DNA from: a virus
Taxonomy: Duplodnaviria > Caudoviricetes
Strand: one strand, 5' to 3'
DNA length: 64,000 nucleotides
Virus record (IMG/VR): IMGVR_UViG_3300031784_000002
In this document: piece after piece, positions 29,153-38,725 of the stretch
How the letters are laid out: each line of letters opens with the position of its first letter
Position numbering within the stretch: the stretch's first letter is position 1
Translations under genes and position numbers: made by a program
Notes under the pieces: model-generated
The model's input: the letters and a program-made list of their open reading frames with translations, nothing else
The model's database searches: none
What the model was told of the DNA's origin: nothing

Positions 29153-29719
29153 ATGTCTACTCAAACCAAAATTCCGAGGGTAGTTTCAGAAGAACTACCC
29201 TCAAATCCTTTTACATTTGAAGTTCTTGCTCTTGCAGCAAAACAGAAATCAAATACAAAAAAGTCAGAAATTCTCCAAAAATATTCTGATCCATCACTCA
29301 AAACAATTTTAATTTGGAACTTTGATGAAACGATTGTTTCTCTTCTTCCAGAAGGATTAGTTCCTTATTCAAGTGTAGGTCAACAAAATGTGAGTTCTGG
29401 AAATTTAAGTGATAACATCCAGAGATCTGTTGAAATGATGAGTGACTTAGGTTCTAATTCTATTGGATCTCAGGATCAGGGTAGGACTTCTATCAGAAAA
29501 GAATATACTTACTTTTATAATTTTGTAAAAGGTGGAAATGATCGTCTTTCAAGTATGAAGAGAGAGACTATGTTTATTAGTATTCTTGAAGGTCTTCATC
29601 CTCTTGAGGCTGAAATTCTTATGCTTGTTAAGGATAAGAAACTTCAAACTAAGTATAATATTTCTAAAGAAAATGTCTCGGCTGCCTATTCGGATATCCA
29701 ATGGGGTGGGAGATCATAA
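29153..29719 (+). CDS. Conserved T4-like hypothetical protein
   Basis: LKTILIWNFD...LPEG...KRETMFISILEGLHPLEAE pattern typical after nrdB. Confidence 0.8.
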   Translation: MSTQTKIPRVVSEELPSNPFTFEVLALAAKQKSNTKKSEILQKYSDPSLKTILIWNFDETIVSLLPEGLVPYSSVGQQNVSSGNLSDNIQRSVEMMSDLGSNSIGSQDQGRTSIRKEYTYFYNFVKGGNDRLSSMKRETMFISILEGLHPLEAEILMLVKDKKLQTKYNISKENVSAAYSDIQWGGRS

Positions 29720-29748
29720 ATATCTTTAGAAACAGTATCTGAAAGAAT

Positions 29749-32700
29749 ATGGCCAGACAGGGTATTAATACGGGAACAAGTCCTAATGATGGATTGGGTG
29801 ATTCCCTGTTAACTGGTGCTATTAAAATAAACTCAAATTTTTCTGAGATTTATAATACTTTTGGAGATGGGAATAACCTAGTGAGTTACTCAAACTCTTC
29901 GGGTATATCAACGTATTCAAACATTTCTGGCGTATCCACATATTCAATTACTTCAGGTATTGCAACTTACTCCCCAACTTCTGGAGTAAGTACTTATGCA
30001 TCTATTGCAGGATATTCTACATCTTCCGGAATATCTACAGTTTCACAAGGACTTACAGGAACACCTAATCTCAATGTTGGTGTTGTAACTGCAACTTCCT
30101 ATATCGGATCAGGATCAAATCTAACAGGAGTCATAACATCATTAGTTGCAGGATCCAACGTTACAATTACTCAGTCATCTGGAATTGCAACAATAAGTGC
30201 TTCTGGAAGTGGTGGAGGTGGATCTGGAGATTATTCTATAATTGCTGGATATTCAACATCTTCTGGAATTTCTACCGTCGCACAAGGACTTACCGGAACT
30301 CCAAGTATTAATGTGTACAATGTGGGAGTTGCTTCTGCGATTAATGTTGGTGCAGCCTCAACATTCCAAAAATCTGTTCATTTCGAAAGTACTCTATTGA
30401 TCGGAGATACTGATGAATTGCAGATTTTTCATGACGGAAATAATAGTTATATCGATAATTCAAGTGTAGGTAACTTAATAATCCGAGATAGTGGTACTGG
30501 AATCCAATTAAAGAAGACTTCTGGTGCTTTGATGGGAGTCTTCAATAATGATGCTGGAGTTGAGTTATATTATAACGGAGTATTAAAATTCCAAACTTTC
30601 CAGAACGGAGTCGCAATTAATGAATCTGTAGGTATTGGAAGCACTGCAGGTAACCCACCATACAGACTTACAGTGAGTGGTGTGGGTGCAACTATTACTC
30701 AAGGTCTTGCGAATGCAATTGCTGATTTTACTTCTAGTGTTAATGGGTATGGTCAGGTAAATGTAAGAAACTCATTATCTGGTGCAAATGCTTCTGGTGA
30801 TATTGTTGTAACTGCAAATAGTGGCACAGACACATCTAATTTTATTGATCTTGGTATTAATAACGCAGGATTTACCACAACTAGTTGGACAATTAATGGT
30901 GCATTAGATGGATACTTATATACCTCTGATGGGAACCTATCAATAGGTGCAGCGTCTGCAAGTAAATATCTTTCTTTATTTGCTGGTGGAACTTTAGCCG
31001 CAAATGAACAAGTAAGAGTAACTTCTACAGGTGTTGGTATAGGCACCACAAATCCAACTAGTAAATTAACAGTTACTGGTGATGTTAATATTACTGGTGT
31101 CGTCACCGCAACATCATTCTCTGGTTCTGGTTCTGGATTAACCAATATTCCATCAGGTCAATTAACAGGAGCACTTCCTGCGATTGATGGTAGTGCTCTT
31201 ACTGGTATTGTTGCGAGTAGTACTGGTGTTAATATTAGGGATGATGGGTCTTCAGTAGGAACAGCAACAACTATTGATTTTGGAGCAAACTTAAGTGTAA
31301 GTTTTGCTTCTGGTACTGCTACTATTACTGGATCTAGTGGTGGTGGATCTCAAACTCTTGATACTACATTAGGTCTTGGAAATACTTCTTCACTTGGAAT
31401 GAGTGTTGGTGTAGTGACTGCTACAGAATTCATAGGTGGTGGAAGTGATTTAAGAAACCTACCAGGAACTCATTTAGTATCCTATGCTTCTCATAGTGAA
31501 ACTTCTAATTCTGCTTTAAGTATTGCTGGTAGTTCATTTAATCAGGTAGGAATTCTTACTGGTTCTCTTGCGAGTGCTTCTGGTGATAACTTTGGATATT
31601 CAGTAGCAACAAGTGCCGATGGTAAGACGATTATTGTTGGTGCTTATAATGATGAGCAAACAGGTTCTGGTGATAGTTCTGGTGTTGTTTATGTCTATGA
31701 CCGTATAGGTAGTTCATTTAATCAGGTAGGAATTCTTACTGGTTCTCTTGCGGTTAATTCTTTTGATTACTTTGGATGGTCAGTAGCAACAAGTGCCGAT
31801 GGTAAGACGATTATTGTTGGTGCTTATGGTGATGAGCAAACAGGTTCTGGTGATGCTTCTGGTGTTGTTTATGTCTTTGACCGTGTAGGAAACTCATTTA
31901 ATCAGGTAGGAATTTTAACTGGTTCTCTTGCGAGTGATGATGATGATAGATTTGGATATTCAGTAACAACAAGTGCCGATGGTAAGACGATTGTTGTTGG
32001 TGCTAGTCGGGATGAACAAACAGGTTCTGGTTCTGCAGCTGGTGTTGTTTATGTCTTTGACCGTATAGGAAACTCATTCAATCAAGTAGGAATTCTTACT
32101 GGTTCTCTTGCGGTTGATGCTTCTGATAACTTTGGATGGTCAGTAGCAACAAGTGCCGATGGTAAGACGATTGTTGTTGGTGTTTTGTTTGATGAACAAG
32201 CAGGTTCTGGTGCTAGTTCTGGTGTTGTTTATGTCTATGACCGTGTAGGAAACTCATTCAATCAGGTAGGAATTCTTACTGGTTCTCTTGCTGTTAATTC
32301 TGGTGATTTCTTTGGATATTCAGTAGCAACAAGTGCCGATGGTAAGACGATTGTTGTTGGTGCTAGATCTGATGAAATAGGTGCTACTACTGGAACTGGT
32401 GTTGTTTATGTCTATGACCGTGTAGGAAACTCATTCAATCAGGTAGGAATTCTTACTGGTTCTCTTGCTGTTGATTCTGATGATTGGTTTGGATATTCAG
32501 TAGCAACAAGTGCCGATGGTAAAACGATTGTTGTTAATGCTTATCAAGATGAACAAACAGGTTCTGGTGCTAGTTCTGGTGTTGTTTATATTTTTAAAAG
32601 ACAAGGAAACTCATTTAATCAAGTAGGAATTCTTACTGGTTCTCTTGCGGTTGATGCTTCTGATAACTTTGGAAGATCAGTAGCAATAAGTGCCGATGGT

Positions 32701-33027
32701 AAGACGATTATTGTTGGTGCTAGTTCTGATGAAATAGGTGCTACTACTGGAACTGGTGTTGTTTATGTCTTTGATGAAACCAGAAATACTTATGTACATT
32801 CTGGACCCACTGGTAATATCGGTATAGGAACCACAAATGCAACATCAAAACTTACTATAGGTGGTGATGTGATTATTACAGGAATTACTACAGTAGGACT
32901 TGCAAATACATCGACTCCACCAAGTAATTCTCAAATGAGTTTTGAACTAACAAGTAACACAAACTTAAGAATCAAAGTTCGTGGTACAGATGGTGTGTTG
33001 AGATCTGCAAACATTACACTTGCATAA
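29749..33027 (+). CDS. Tail fibre/baseplate-attached adhesin with 7 FG-GAP repeats
   Basis: N-terminus resembles T4 gp9/gp10 (INTG..PNDGLGD.L..GAIKINSNF.EIY); seven FGxSVATSADGKTIxVGA repeats; TAAATA at 29717. Confidence 0.85.
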   Translation: MARQGINTGTSPNDGLGDSLLTGAIKINSNFSEIYNTFGDGNNLVSYSNSSGISTYSNISGVSTYSITSGIATYSPTSGVSTYASIAGYSTSSGISTVSQGLTGTPNLNVGVVTATSYIGSGSNLTGVITSLVAGSNVTITQSSGIATISASGSGGGGSGDYSIIAGYSTSSGISTVAQGLTGTPSINVYNVGVASAINVGAASTFQKSVHFESTLLIGDTDELQIFHDGNNSYIDNSSVGNLIIRDSGTGIQLKKTSGALMGVFNNDAGVELYYNGVLKFQTFQNGVAINESVGIGSTAGNPPYRLTVSGVGATITQGLANAIADFTSSVNGYGQVNVRNSLSGANASGDIVVTANSGTDTSNFIDLGINNAGFTTTSWTINGALDGYLYTSDGNLSIGAASASKYLSLFAGGTLAANEQVRVTSTGVGIGTTNPTSKLTVTGDVNITGVVTATSFSGSGSGLTNIPSGQLTGALPAIDGSALTGIVASSTGVNIRDDGSSVGTATTIDFGANLSVSFASGTATITGSSGGGSQTLDTTLGLGNTSSLGMSVGVVTATEFIGGGSDLRNLPGTHLVSYASHSETSNSALSIAGSSFNQVGILTGSLASASGDNFGYSVATSADGKTIIVGAYNDEQTGSGDSSGVVYVYDRIGSSFNQVGILTGSLAVNSFDYFGWSVATSADGKTIIVGAYGDEQTGSGDASGVVYVFDRVGNSFNQVGILTGSLASDDDDRFGYSVTTSADGKTIVVGASRDEQTGSGSAAGVVYVFDRIGNSFNQVGILTGSLAVDASDNFGWSVATSADGKTIVVGVLFDEQAGSGASSGVVYVYDRVGNSFNQVGILTGSLAVNSGDFFGYSVATSADGKTIVVGARSDEIGATTGTGVVYVYDRVGNSFNQVGILTGSLAVDSDDWFGYSVATSADGKTIVVNAYQDEQTGSGASSGVVYIFKRQGNSFNQVGILTGSLAVDASDNFGRSVAISADGKTIIVGASSDEIGATTGTGVVYVFDETRNTYVHSGPTGNIGIGTTNATSKLTIGGDVIITGITTVGLANTSTPPSNSQMSFELTSNTNLRIKVRGTDGVLRSANITLA
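31534..32780 (+). repeat. Seven near-identical 177-180 bp in-frame tandem repeats
   Basis: Units start TCATT(T/C)AATCA(G/A)GTAGGAATT at 31534, 31714, 31894, 32074, 32254, 32431 and 32611. Confidence 0.95.
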
Positions 33028-33061
33028 TCCTAAATAGCAAGGTGTCGCAAAAAATAGTACT

Positions 33062-33733
33062 ATGACCCTAGATCTTCATAACTTTTTTAAGTTTTATGAT
33101 GAGAAGAACGCCAACCATGTTGCAGCCGTTCAGTGGTTGGAAGATAAACTTCCAGAAAAATTCCTAGACGATGCAGAAACTGATTGGATTGGTATTTTTA
33201 GAACTAAGCCACCAACTCCAGAAGTTCTTGCAGTTCCATACTTTAACCAAGTAGACAACTACAGAGATGCACATAGAACTTGCAACAGTTCATCGTGTGC
33301 TATGTGCCTCGCTTTCCTCAAGCCAGGTAGCATCAAAGGCGATGACGAATACGTTAAGAAAGTATTTGCGATTGGCGATACTACAGACCATGCGGTACAA
33401 ACGAAGGTACTTGCAGGTTATGGAGTTAAGTCACACTTTAGTTACAATCTTTCTTTTGTTGACGTTGATAAAAGTCTCGATGCTGGCAAACCTGTTGTTA
33501 TTGGTATCCTGCATCGCGGTTCTCTTTCTGCACCTACTGGTGGGCACATGTGTGTTGTAATCGGTAAGACACCAGACGGTAAAGGATACTATGTAAATGA
33601 TCCATATGGTTCGTTGAACGATAACTATACTGGTCCAGTTACAAATGGTAAGAAGACCATTTACACCAAAGCAGTTCTTAAGCATCGCTGGTGCCCAGGT
33701 GGCAACGATGGTTGGGGTCGTATTTTTGACTGA
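33062..33733 (+). CDS. C39-like cysteine peptidase with shared N-terminal module
   Basis: VPYFNQ...TCNSSSCAM (catalytic Cys), GGHMCVVIG (His), YYVNDPYG (Asp); TAAATA at 33031. Confidence 0.8.
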   Translation: MTLDLHNFFKFYDEKNANHVAAVQWLEDKLPEKFLDDAETDWIGIFRTKPPTPEVLAVPYFNQVDNYRDAHRTCNSSSCAMCLAFLKPGSIKGDDEYVKKVFAIGDTTDHAVQTKVLAGYGVKSHFSYNLSFVDVDKSLDAGKPVVIGILHRGSLSAPTGGHMCVVIGKTPDGKGYYVNDPYGSLNDNYTGPVTNGKKTIYTKAVLKHRWCPGGNDGWGRIFD

Positions 33734-33751
33734 TACTAAAGGAGAACAATC

Positions 33752-34423
33752 ATGGCAAGAGTAGATTTACACAACTTCTTTCAATTCTATGATGAAAGAA
33801 ATCCTAATCATGTTAAAGCAGTACAGTGGTTAGAGGACAACCTTCCAGTTGAATATCTTGGTGATAACGTAGAGTGGGCTGACATTTATCGCGGAAAAAA
33901 GACTAGTGCTGCACCAGCATCTGTTCCCGCTGTTGCAGCTCCCGTAACTGGTGGCGATGATATGCCTATGATGGGCATCAAACTCATTAAAGAGTTTGAA
34001 GGATGTCATTTAAAAGCATATCCAGATCCTCTGACTGGTGGACTTCCAATCACAATTGGTTGGGGATCCACCCGTAAGAAAGATGGGTCGCCATTTAAAA
34101 TGGGAGATACTTTGACCCAACAGGAAGCAGATGAACTTTTAATTGAACAATGTAAGAGAGAGTTTCTTCCTGCACTTCGTAAAATCCCACATTGGAATGA
34201 AATGTCAGATGGAAAAAGAGGCGCTCTGCTCAGCTTTGCTTATAATCTTGGTGCCGGTTTTTACGGTGGCGATAACTTTAATACTATTACTAAACGCCTG
34301 AAAAATAAGGAGTGGGACTTAGTTCCAGATGCTCTTTATCTCTACCGCAATCCTGGTTCTAATGTTGAAGCAGGTCTTGCACGTAGAAGAAAATCAGAAG
34401 GTGAAGCCTGGAAAAAGGGATAA
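33752..34423 (+). CDS. GH24 phage lysozyme (endolysin) with shared N-terminal module
   Basis: LIKEFEGCHLKAYPDP...TIGWGST, ALLSFAYNLG, GLARRR. Confidence 0.9.
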   Translation: MARVDLHNFFQFYDERNPNHVKAVQWLEDNLPVEYLGDNVEWADIYRGKKTSAAPASVPAVAAPVTGGDDMPMMGIKLIKEFEGCHLKAYPDPLTGGLPITIGWGSTRKKDGSPFKMGDTLTQQEADELLIEQCKREFLPALRKIPHWNEMSDGKRGALLSFAYNLGAGFYGGDNFNTITKRLKNKEWDLVPDALYLYRNPGSNVEAGLARRRKSEGEAWKKG

Positions 34424-34441
34424 ATAGTTACAATCATAACT

Positions 34442-34549
34442 GATTCTTGATCTTAACTGGTCTGAATCTACATAACCCAAGTCCTCTGTGACTTGGTGAA
34501 TACTTTACTTTTAAACAACTTCGGTTTGTTTTTGTTTAGTACACACTAA
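34442..34549 (+). ncRNA. Candidate structured 5' leader (four hairpins)
   Basis: GATTC/GAATC, CCAAGTC/GACTTGG, AAACAAC-TTCG-GTTTGTTT and TTAGT/ACTAA stems between TAAATA (34421) and the RBS. Confidence 0.45.
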
Positions 34550-34566
34550 GTAATAGAGGACTTTCT

Positions 34567-36636
34567 ATGTCTTACGCTACAAGGGCGCTTGCTGTAGCGT
34601 CTGCTCTTTTGATGGGAGCACCAACAGCATTCGCAGATACAATTTCTGGTACAGATTTTGAGACTGGAAATACTTCAGGATGGAATACTGGAACTCAAAC
34701 GGGAACCTTAGATAGTACTATCACTGGAGGAGGAACTGGTGTTAGTGTTGTTGATAATCCAGTTATCTTCAATGCTGGTTCTTTTCCTGCAGTAGGGAGT
34801 CCAACGTTACAAGACGGTTCTCCTAACCCATACCATGCACCTGCAGTAACCCCAACCACTTGGGAGTTTGCTCCTTATGGAACTGCTGGTGCTGCACTAC
34901 AACCGAACGGTCAACAAACATTTAACCAAGCAACAGAATCACTTGGTTTAACACCAGAACAAAATCAAGCAATAAGAGACCTTCTTACTCAACAACAACA
35001 AGCATCAGGTCTTGGAAATCCAAACCCCACTGATGCTTCTTGGATTACAAAATCAGTCACTTTGGAAACTGGAAAAGTTTATACGATGTCTTGGAATTAT
35101 ATTGGAACTGACTATGTTCCTTTCAATGATGGTTCTATTACTTCACTTGTTTATCAAGGTGCAGGTTCATCCCCGTCAGTAACAGTTAATAACCAACTTC
35201 AAAACTATGCATTGCTTGGATTTACTAATCCGGGAACAGGTGATTATTCAACAGGTTCTTTTGGTTCTACTGGATGGCAGTATTCAACTTATCAAGTAGG
35301 TGCTGATGGTGACTATCTCTTAGGATTTGCAGTGTTTAACCTTGGAGATACTGCACTATCACCAGTTCTTTTAGTTGATAGTCAACCTGGAACTGCAACA
35401 GCAAATGGTCAATCATTTACTCCTGTTGCACCAAACAATCCAGATGCTCCCTCTGTTGATGAGGTAGCACCAACTCCAACTCCAACACCTGAACCGGAAC
35501 CTACTCCAGAACCAGAACCTACACCAGAGCCAACTCCTGAACCTACTCCAGAACCAGAACCTACACCAGAGCCAACTCCTGAACCTACACCAGAGCCAAC
35601 TCCTGAACCGCAACCACAACCACCAACACTATTAAACTCTGTGACTGTTCCCGCACCAGGACTTCCAGTTGTTGTTACTACTGAGGTAACTCATAATGTA
35701 TCTGAAGAGGATGGATCTCAAAAGATTAGAAGAGACTTTGCAACTACGACTCAAACTCCATTATTGAAACAAGATACTTATAGTGATGGAACAGTTGTAA
35801 CATCATTACTTCTTTCCGTTGATACTGAAAATACTAACGATGTCCTTTCTGGTCGTGTAGATCAACACGAAGTTATGGATGCGATGGGTGAAGGATTGCA
35901 AGGTCTTCTGAATCACGAACCATCCGAACCAACCACTGATAGAGTCCGAGTATTCAGTAAGAACTATTATGCGTGGTCTTCTGCGGATAACGGATACTCT
36001 GCTAAGTCATTCATCTATGGTGGTGGTATTGAGATTGATATTAAACCAACCTGGACGATTGGTGCTCAATATAATAATGTAAATGTAAACTTGGATGGTG
36101 TCGATAGTACTTCTAAACTGAATAAAAGTCATATTGGAGTTTTTAATATGCTTCGTGGAAATACATTTTCACTCTTAACTAATGCTGCGATTGTTCGGAA
36201 TAAATATAATGTTTCCAGAACTGTTCAGGGTGTCTTTAATAACGAAAGTTCCACAACAGGACAAGAGTGGTGGGTGAATAACAGACTCTTCTGGCACGCA
36301 CATAAGAATATCACTCCATTTGTAGGTCACACTACTAGAAACTATGGTAGAGACGCTTTCATTGAGAGTGGATCTATTCAGTCTACAAGAAGTGTTGATG
36401 CGATAAATGAAACTTATCATACTGGTGAAATTGGACTTGTTCTTTCTCATCGTTTCGGTGGTAAGAAACAGGATCTTTTTGGAGTCAGTGTAGAAGGTTC
36501 TTATGCGACTGATAACTCTGTTGAGGTTGCTGCTTCTGTTGACTATAAGGAAATGGTATTCATCGAAGGAGTTCATCAGATTGCCAATGGTGCTTCCAAT
36601 ACATCCGTTGCTGCAAAGTTCAAATTTAGGTTCTAA
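34567..36636 (+). CDS. Autotransporter-like outer-membrane protein
   Basis: Signal peptide (ALAVASALLMGAPTAFA-D), passenger domain, Pro/Glu/Thr linker, C-terminal amphipathic beta strands ending KFKFRF. Confidence 0.75.
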   Translation: MSYATRALAVASALLMGAPTAFADTISGTDFETGNTSGWNTGTQTGTLDSTITGGGTGVSVVDNPVIFNAGSFPAVGSPTLQDGSPNPYHAPAVTPTTWEFAPYGTAGAALQPNGQQTFNQATESLGLTPEQNQAIRDLLTQQQQASGLGNPNPTDASWITKSVTLETGKVYTMSWNYIGTDYVPFNDGSITSLVYQGAGSSPSVTVNNQLQNYALLGFTNPGTGDYSTGSFGSTGWQYSTYQVGADGDYLLGFAVFNLGDTALSPVLLVDSQPGTATANGQSFTPVAPNNPDAPSVDEVAPTPTPTPEPEPTPEPEPTPEPTPEPTPEPEPTPEPTPEPTPEPTPEPQPQPPTLLNSVTVPAPGLPVVVTTEVTHNVSEEDGSQKIRRDFATTTQTPLLKQDTYSDGTVVTSLLLSVDTENTNDVLSGRVDQHEVMDAMGEGLQGLLNHEPSEPTTDRVRVFSKNYYAWSSADNGYSAKSFIYGGGIEIDIKPTWTIGAQYNNVNVNLDGVDSTSKLNKSHIGVFNMLRGNTFSLLTNAAIVRNKYNVSRTVQGVFNNESSTTGQEWWVNNRLFWHAHKNITPFVGHTTRNYGRDAFIESGSIQSTRSVDAINETYHTGEIGLVLSHRFGGKKQDLFGVSVEGSYATDNSVEVAASVDYKEMVFIEGVHQIANGASNTSVAAKFKFRF
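35471..35622 (+). repeat. PEPT/PEPE low-complexity repeat linker
   Basis: CC(A/T/G)GAACC(T/A/G)AC-type 12-nt units seen directly. Confidence 0.9.
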
Positions 36637-36670
36637 TTTATAAATAAAAAGGACATCATCACACGGACTG

Positions 36671-37015
36671 ATGACTAACAAGAAAAACGAAAATGCTATG
36701 GGACAACTAATTCGTATATGTATTTTGGGTTGGTCTGCTGCTCTCCTTACTGCAAGTTATGCGGGTACTCTGTCTAAGATGGACCCCACATTTATTGCAA
36801 CAGTCTTCACTGCATCTGCTGCCACTTTTGGCATCAATACAATGAAAAAAGGTGGTGATGAGGAAGATGAAAAGAAGGAAGAACCAAAAAGAGAAGAGTT
36901 TGTAGAAACTCCTCCTGAACCACCTGCAACAGAACTTTCTGTTGCAGAACCAACTCTTGAAGAAAGAGTTGAGGCACTTGAAGAGGGTCAAGTCACACCT
37001 CGCACAGGAGCATGA
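36671..37015 (+). CDS. Two-TM membrane protein with acidic tail (holin-like candidate)
   Basis: Two hydrophobic segments then an acidic Pro-rich tail; TATAAATA at 36638. Confidence 0.65.
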   Translation: MTNKKNENAMGQLIRICILGWSAALLTASYAGTLSKMDPTFIATVFTASAATFGINTMKKGGDEEDEKKEEPKREEFVETPPEPPATELSVAEPTLEERVEALEEGQVTPRTGA

Positions 37016-37131
37016 TGTCCAAGTCTGCAAACAAGGGTAAGAAAGGTTCCTCTGGAAGTCAAAAAAATTCTAAACAGAATCAGGGCAACGCCACCGCTAA
37101 AAAAGCGAAGAATGGTGGCAAAAAGAAATGA
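37015..37131 (+). CDS. Small basic peptide (38 aa)
   Basis: Read manually: MSKSANKGKKGSSGSQKNSKQNQGNATAKKAKNGGKKK; GGAG RBS. Confidence 0.5.
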   Translation: MSKSANKGKKGSSGSQKNSKQNQGNATAKKAKNGGKKK

Positions 37132-37234
37132 TTGAATTTATTGCTTTTATGATTGTTGGTTATATCGAGATCAGTCCCGGTCAATGCCAATTGGAATATT
37201 TTCGTTATGATGATATACACTCACTTATAATACC

Positions 37235-37435
37235 GTGCCAAGAGAATGGAACACCCCTAAAAGGGAGTGTTGGAATGCTCCAATCCATCAAATACTCAAA
37301 GCCATAGATAATCACACCCGACTCTGGATGGAGACGGGTGATTTTTGGCATGAGGAGCAAGCTCAAATATTACGAAATTATGTCAAAAATTTGAAAGTCT
37401 GGATACATAAAGAAGAAGGATGGTGGGATGAATGA
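37235..37435 (+). CDS. Conserved small hypothetical protein
   Basis: REWNTP.RE.WNAPIHQILKAID pattern. Confidence 0.7.
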   Translation: MPREWNTPKRECWNAPIHQILKAIDNHTRLWMETGDFWHEEQAQILRNYVKNLKVWIHKEEGWWDE

Positions 37436-38178
37436 AAAAACTCCTAATGTCAATTAGTTTATCAATGTCTTTAGTACTTCCAGTAAGTGCGAATACATTA
37501 GTCAAGAAACAACCAACCGTAAAGGCGAATAGTCTTGCGGCGATGGGATGTATGATCCTTTTGGAATGTACTGAAGGTGTAGAACAACTCACTCCACAAT
37601 CAAAAATCCTAGAAAATAAAGACTTTGACCCATTCAGAGAAGAGATCAAAGCAATTCTGACTGCGCTAGATAAAGTGAATGTCCCTGTGTATGTTGGACC
37701 ATCACGTTACTTCACTCCAAGAACTGTAGGACTATACAAACCAGAATATAATAGGTTCTTTGTGAATGAAGATCTTGCTAAAGATCCTAGAGAGTTTCTT
37801 GGAACGATGAGACATGAAGGATGGCATGTCGTTCAAGATTGTATGGGCGGTGGGATCAAAACATCTTTCATGGCACAGGTTCATCAGGATAGTGAGATCC
37901 CTGCTTGGTTGATGAAGATGACAAGAGCTTCATATGAGAGCATGGGAATGTCCCGTGCTGTGCCCTGGGAAGCAGATGCTAACTGGGCAGAAGAACAATC
38001 AAACACTACAGTCAAGCACCTAGAGATGTGTGCTAATGGTCCTCTATGGGAACAGGTGAGACCTACACCTATGACGATGGAATGGTTGATTGGTTGTGGA
38101 TGGATGAAACCACAGGAAGGTCTGTATCCATACTATCCAAACAAGAAATCAGAGTATTGTACAGAGGGTAAGTATTGA
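37432..38178 (+). CDS. Secreted zinc metallopeptidase-like protein
   Basis: Signal peptide; HEGWH (HExxH) with downstream WEADA. Confidence 0.7.
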   Translation: MKKLLMSISLSMSLVLPVSANTLVKKQPTVKANSLAAMGCMILLECTEGVEQLTPQSKILENKDFDPFREEIKAILTALDKVNVPVYVGPSRYFTPRTVGLYKPEYNRFFVNEDLAKDPREFLGTMRHEGWHVVQDCMGGGIKTSFMAQVHQDSEIPAWLMKMTRASYESMGMSRAVPWEADANWAEEQSNTTVKHLEMCANGPLWEQVRPTPMTMEWLIGCGWMKPQEGLYPYYPNKKSEYCTEGKY

Positions 38179-38694
38179 TTACCTTTTCCATTCTGCATAA
38201 ATTCTGTTATTTGTATCAATCTTTGTTTCTATACACTCAAATCCAAAATGTTTAGATAGTTCATAATGATCTTCAACATTCCAAGGATAAAAAGTTATTT
38301 TTCTACAATCTTCGTTTTGGTGATCAAATAATCCTGGATTACATCTCCAATAAATCCTTGAACTTGAATTTAATAGGTTTACAATAAGTTGAATTTGAGT
38401 TATAATTTTAGTCTTATCGCCAAAATTAATACTCCCAAGACAAAAGGCAACATCAAATTTTTGATTGGTTTCAAATTTTTCTAGGGACACTTTAAAATCA
38501 GCCTCATTAAATGCTGGATCTATTCCAATTAAATTTTTAATTTTACCTTTAAATGGATTTGGACCACAACCAACATCCAATACCCATTCATTATCAAAAA
38601 CATTATTCACTAAATTCCAACCAGAATATAGATACTGATCTAAATTGCTAGTCCATTTGGTTGCAAAGTATTCATTCAATTGTTCTTGATTCAT
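38179..38694 (-). CDS. Class I SAM-dependent methyltransferase-like protein
   Basis: VLDVGCGPN (motif I), IGIDP, FDVAFC. Confidence 0.75.
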   Translation of the reverse strand: MNQEQLNEYFATKWTSNLDQYLYSGWNLVNNVFDNEWVLDVGCGPNPFKGKIKNLIGIDPAFNEADFKVSLEKFETNQKFDVAFCLGSINFGDKTKIITQIQLIVNLLNSSSRIYWRCNPGLFDHQNEDCRKITFYPWNVEDHYELSKHFGFECIETKIDTNNRIYAEWKR

Positions 38695-38725
38695 TTAGAT
38701 TGTCCAAAATACTATTTTATATGTT

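Noticed and set aside
31534-32780. Regular repeats of about 180 bp as a CRISPR array or DGR template
   Set aside because: The repeats are in-frame FG-GAP coding units with no unique spacers; differences are not adenine-specific, and no reverse transcriptase or cas gene is in the window.
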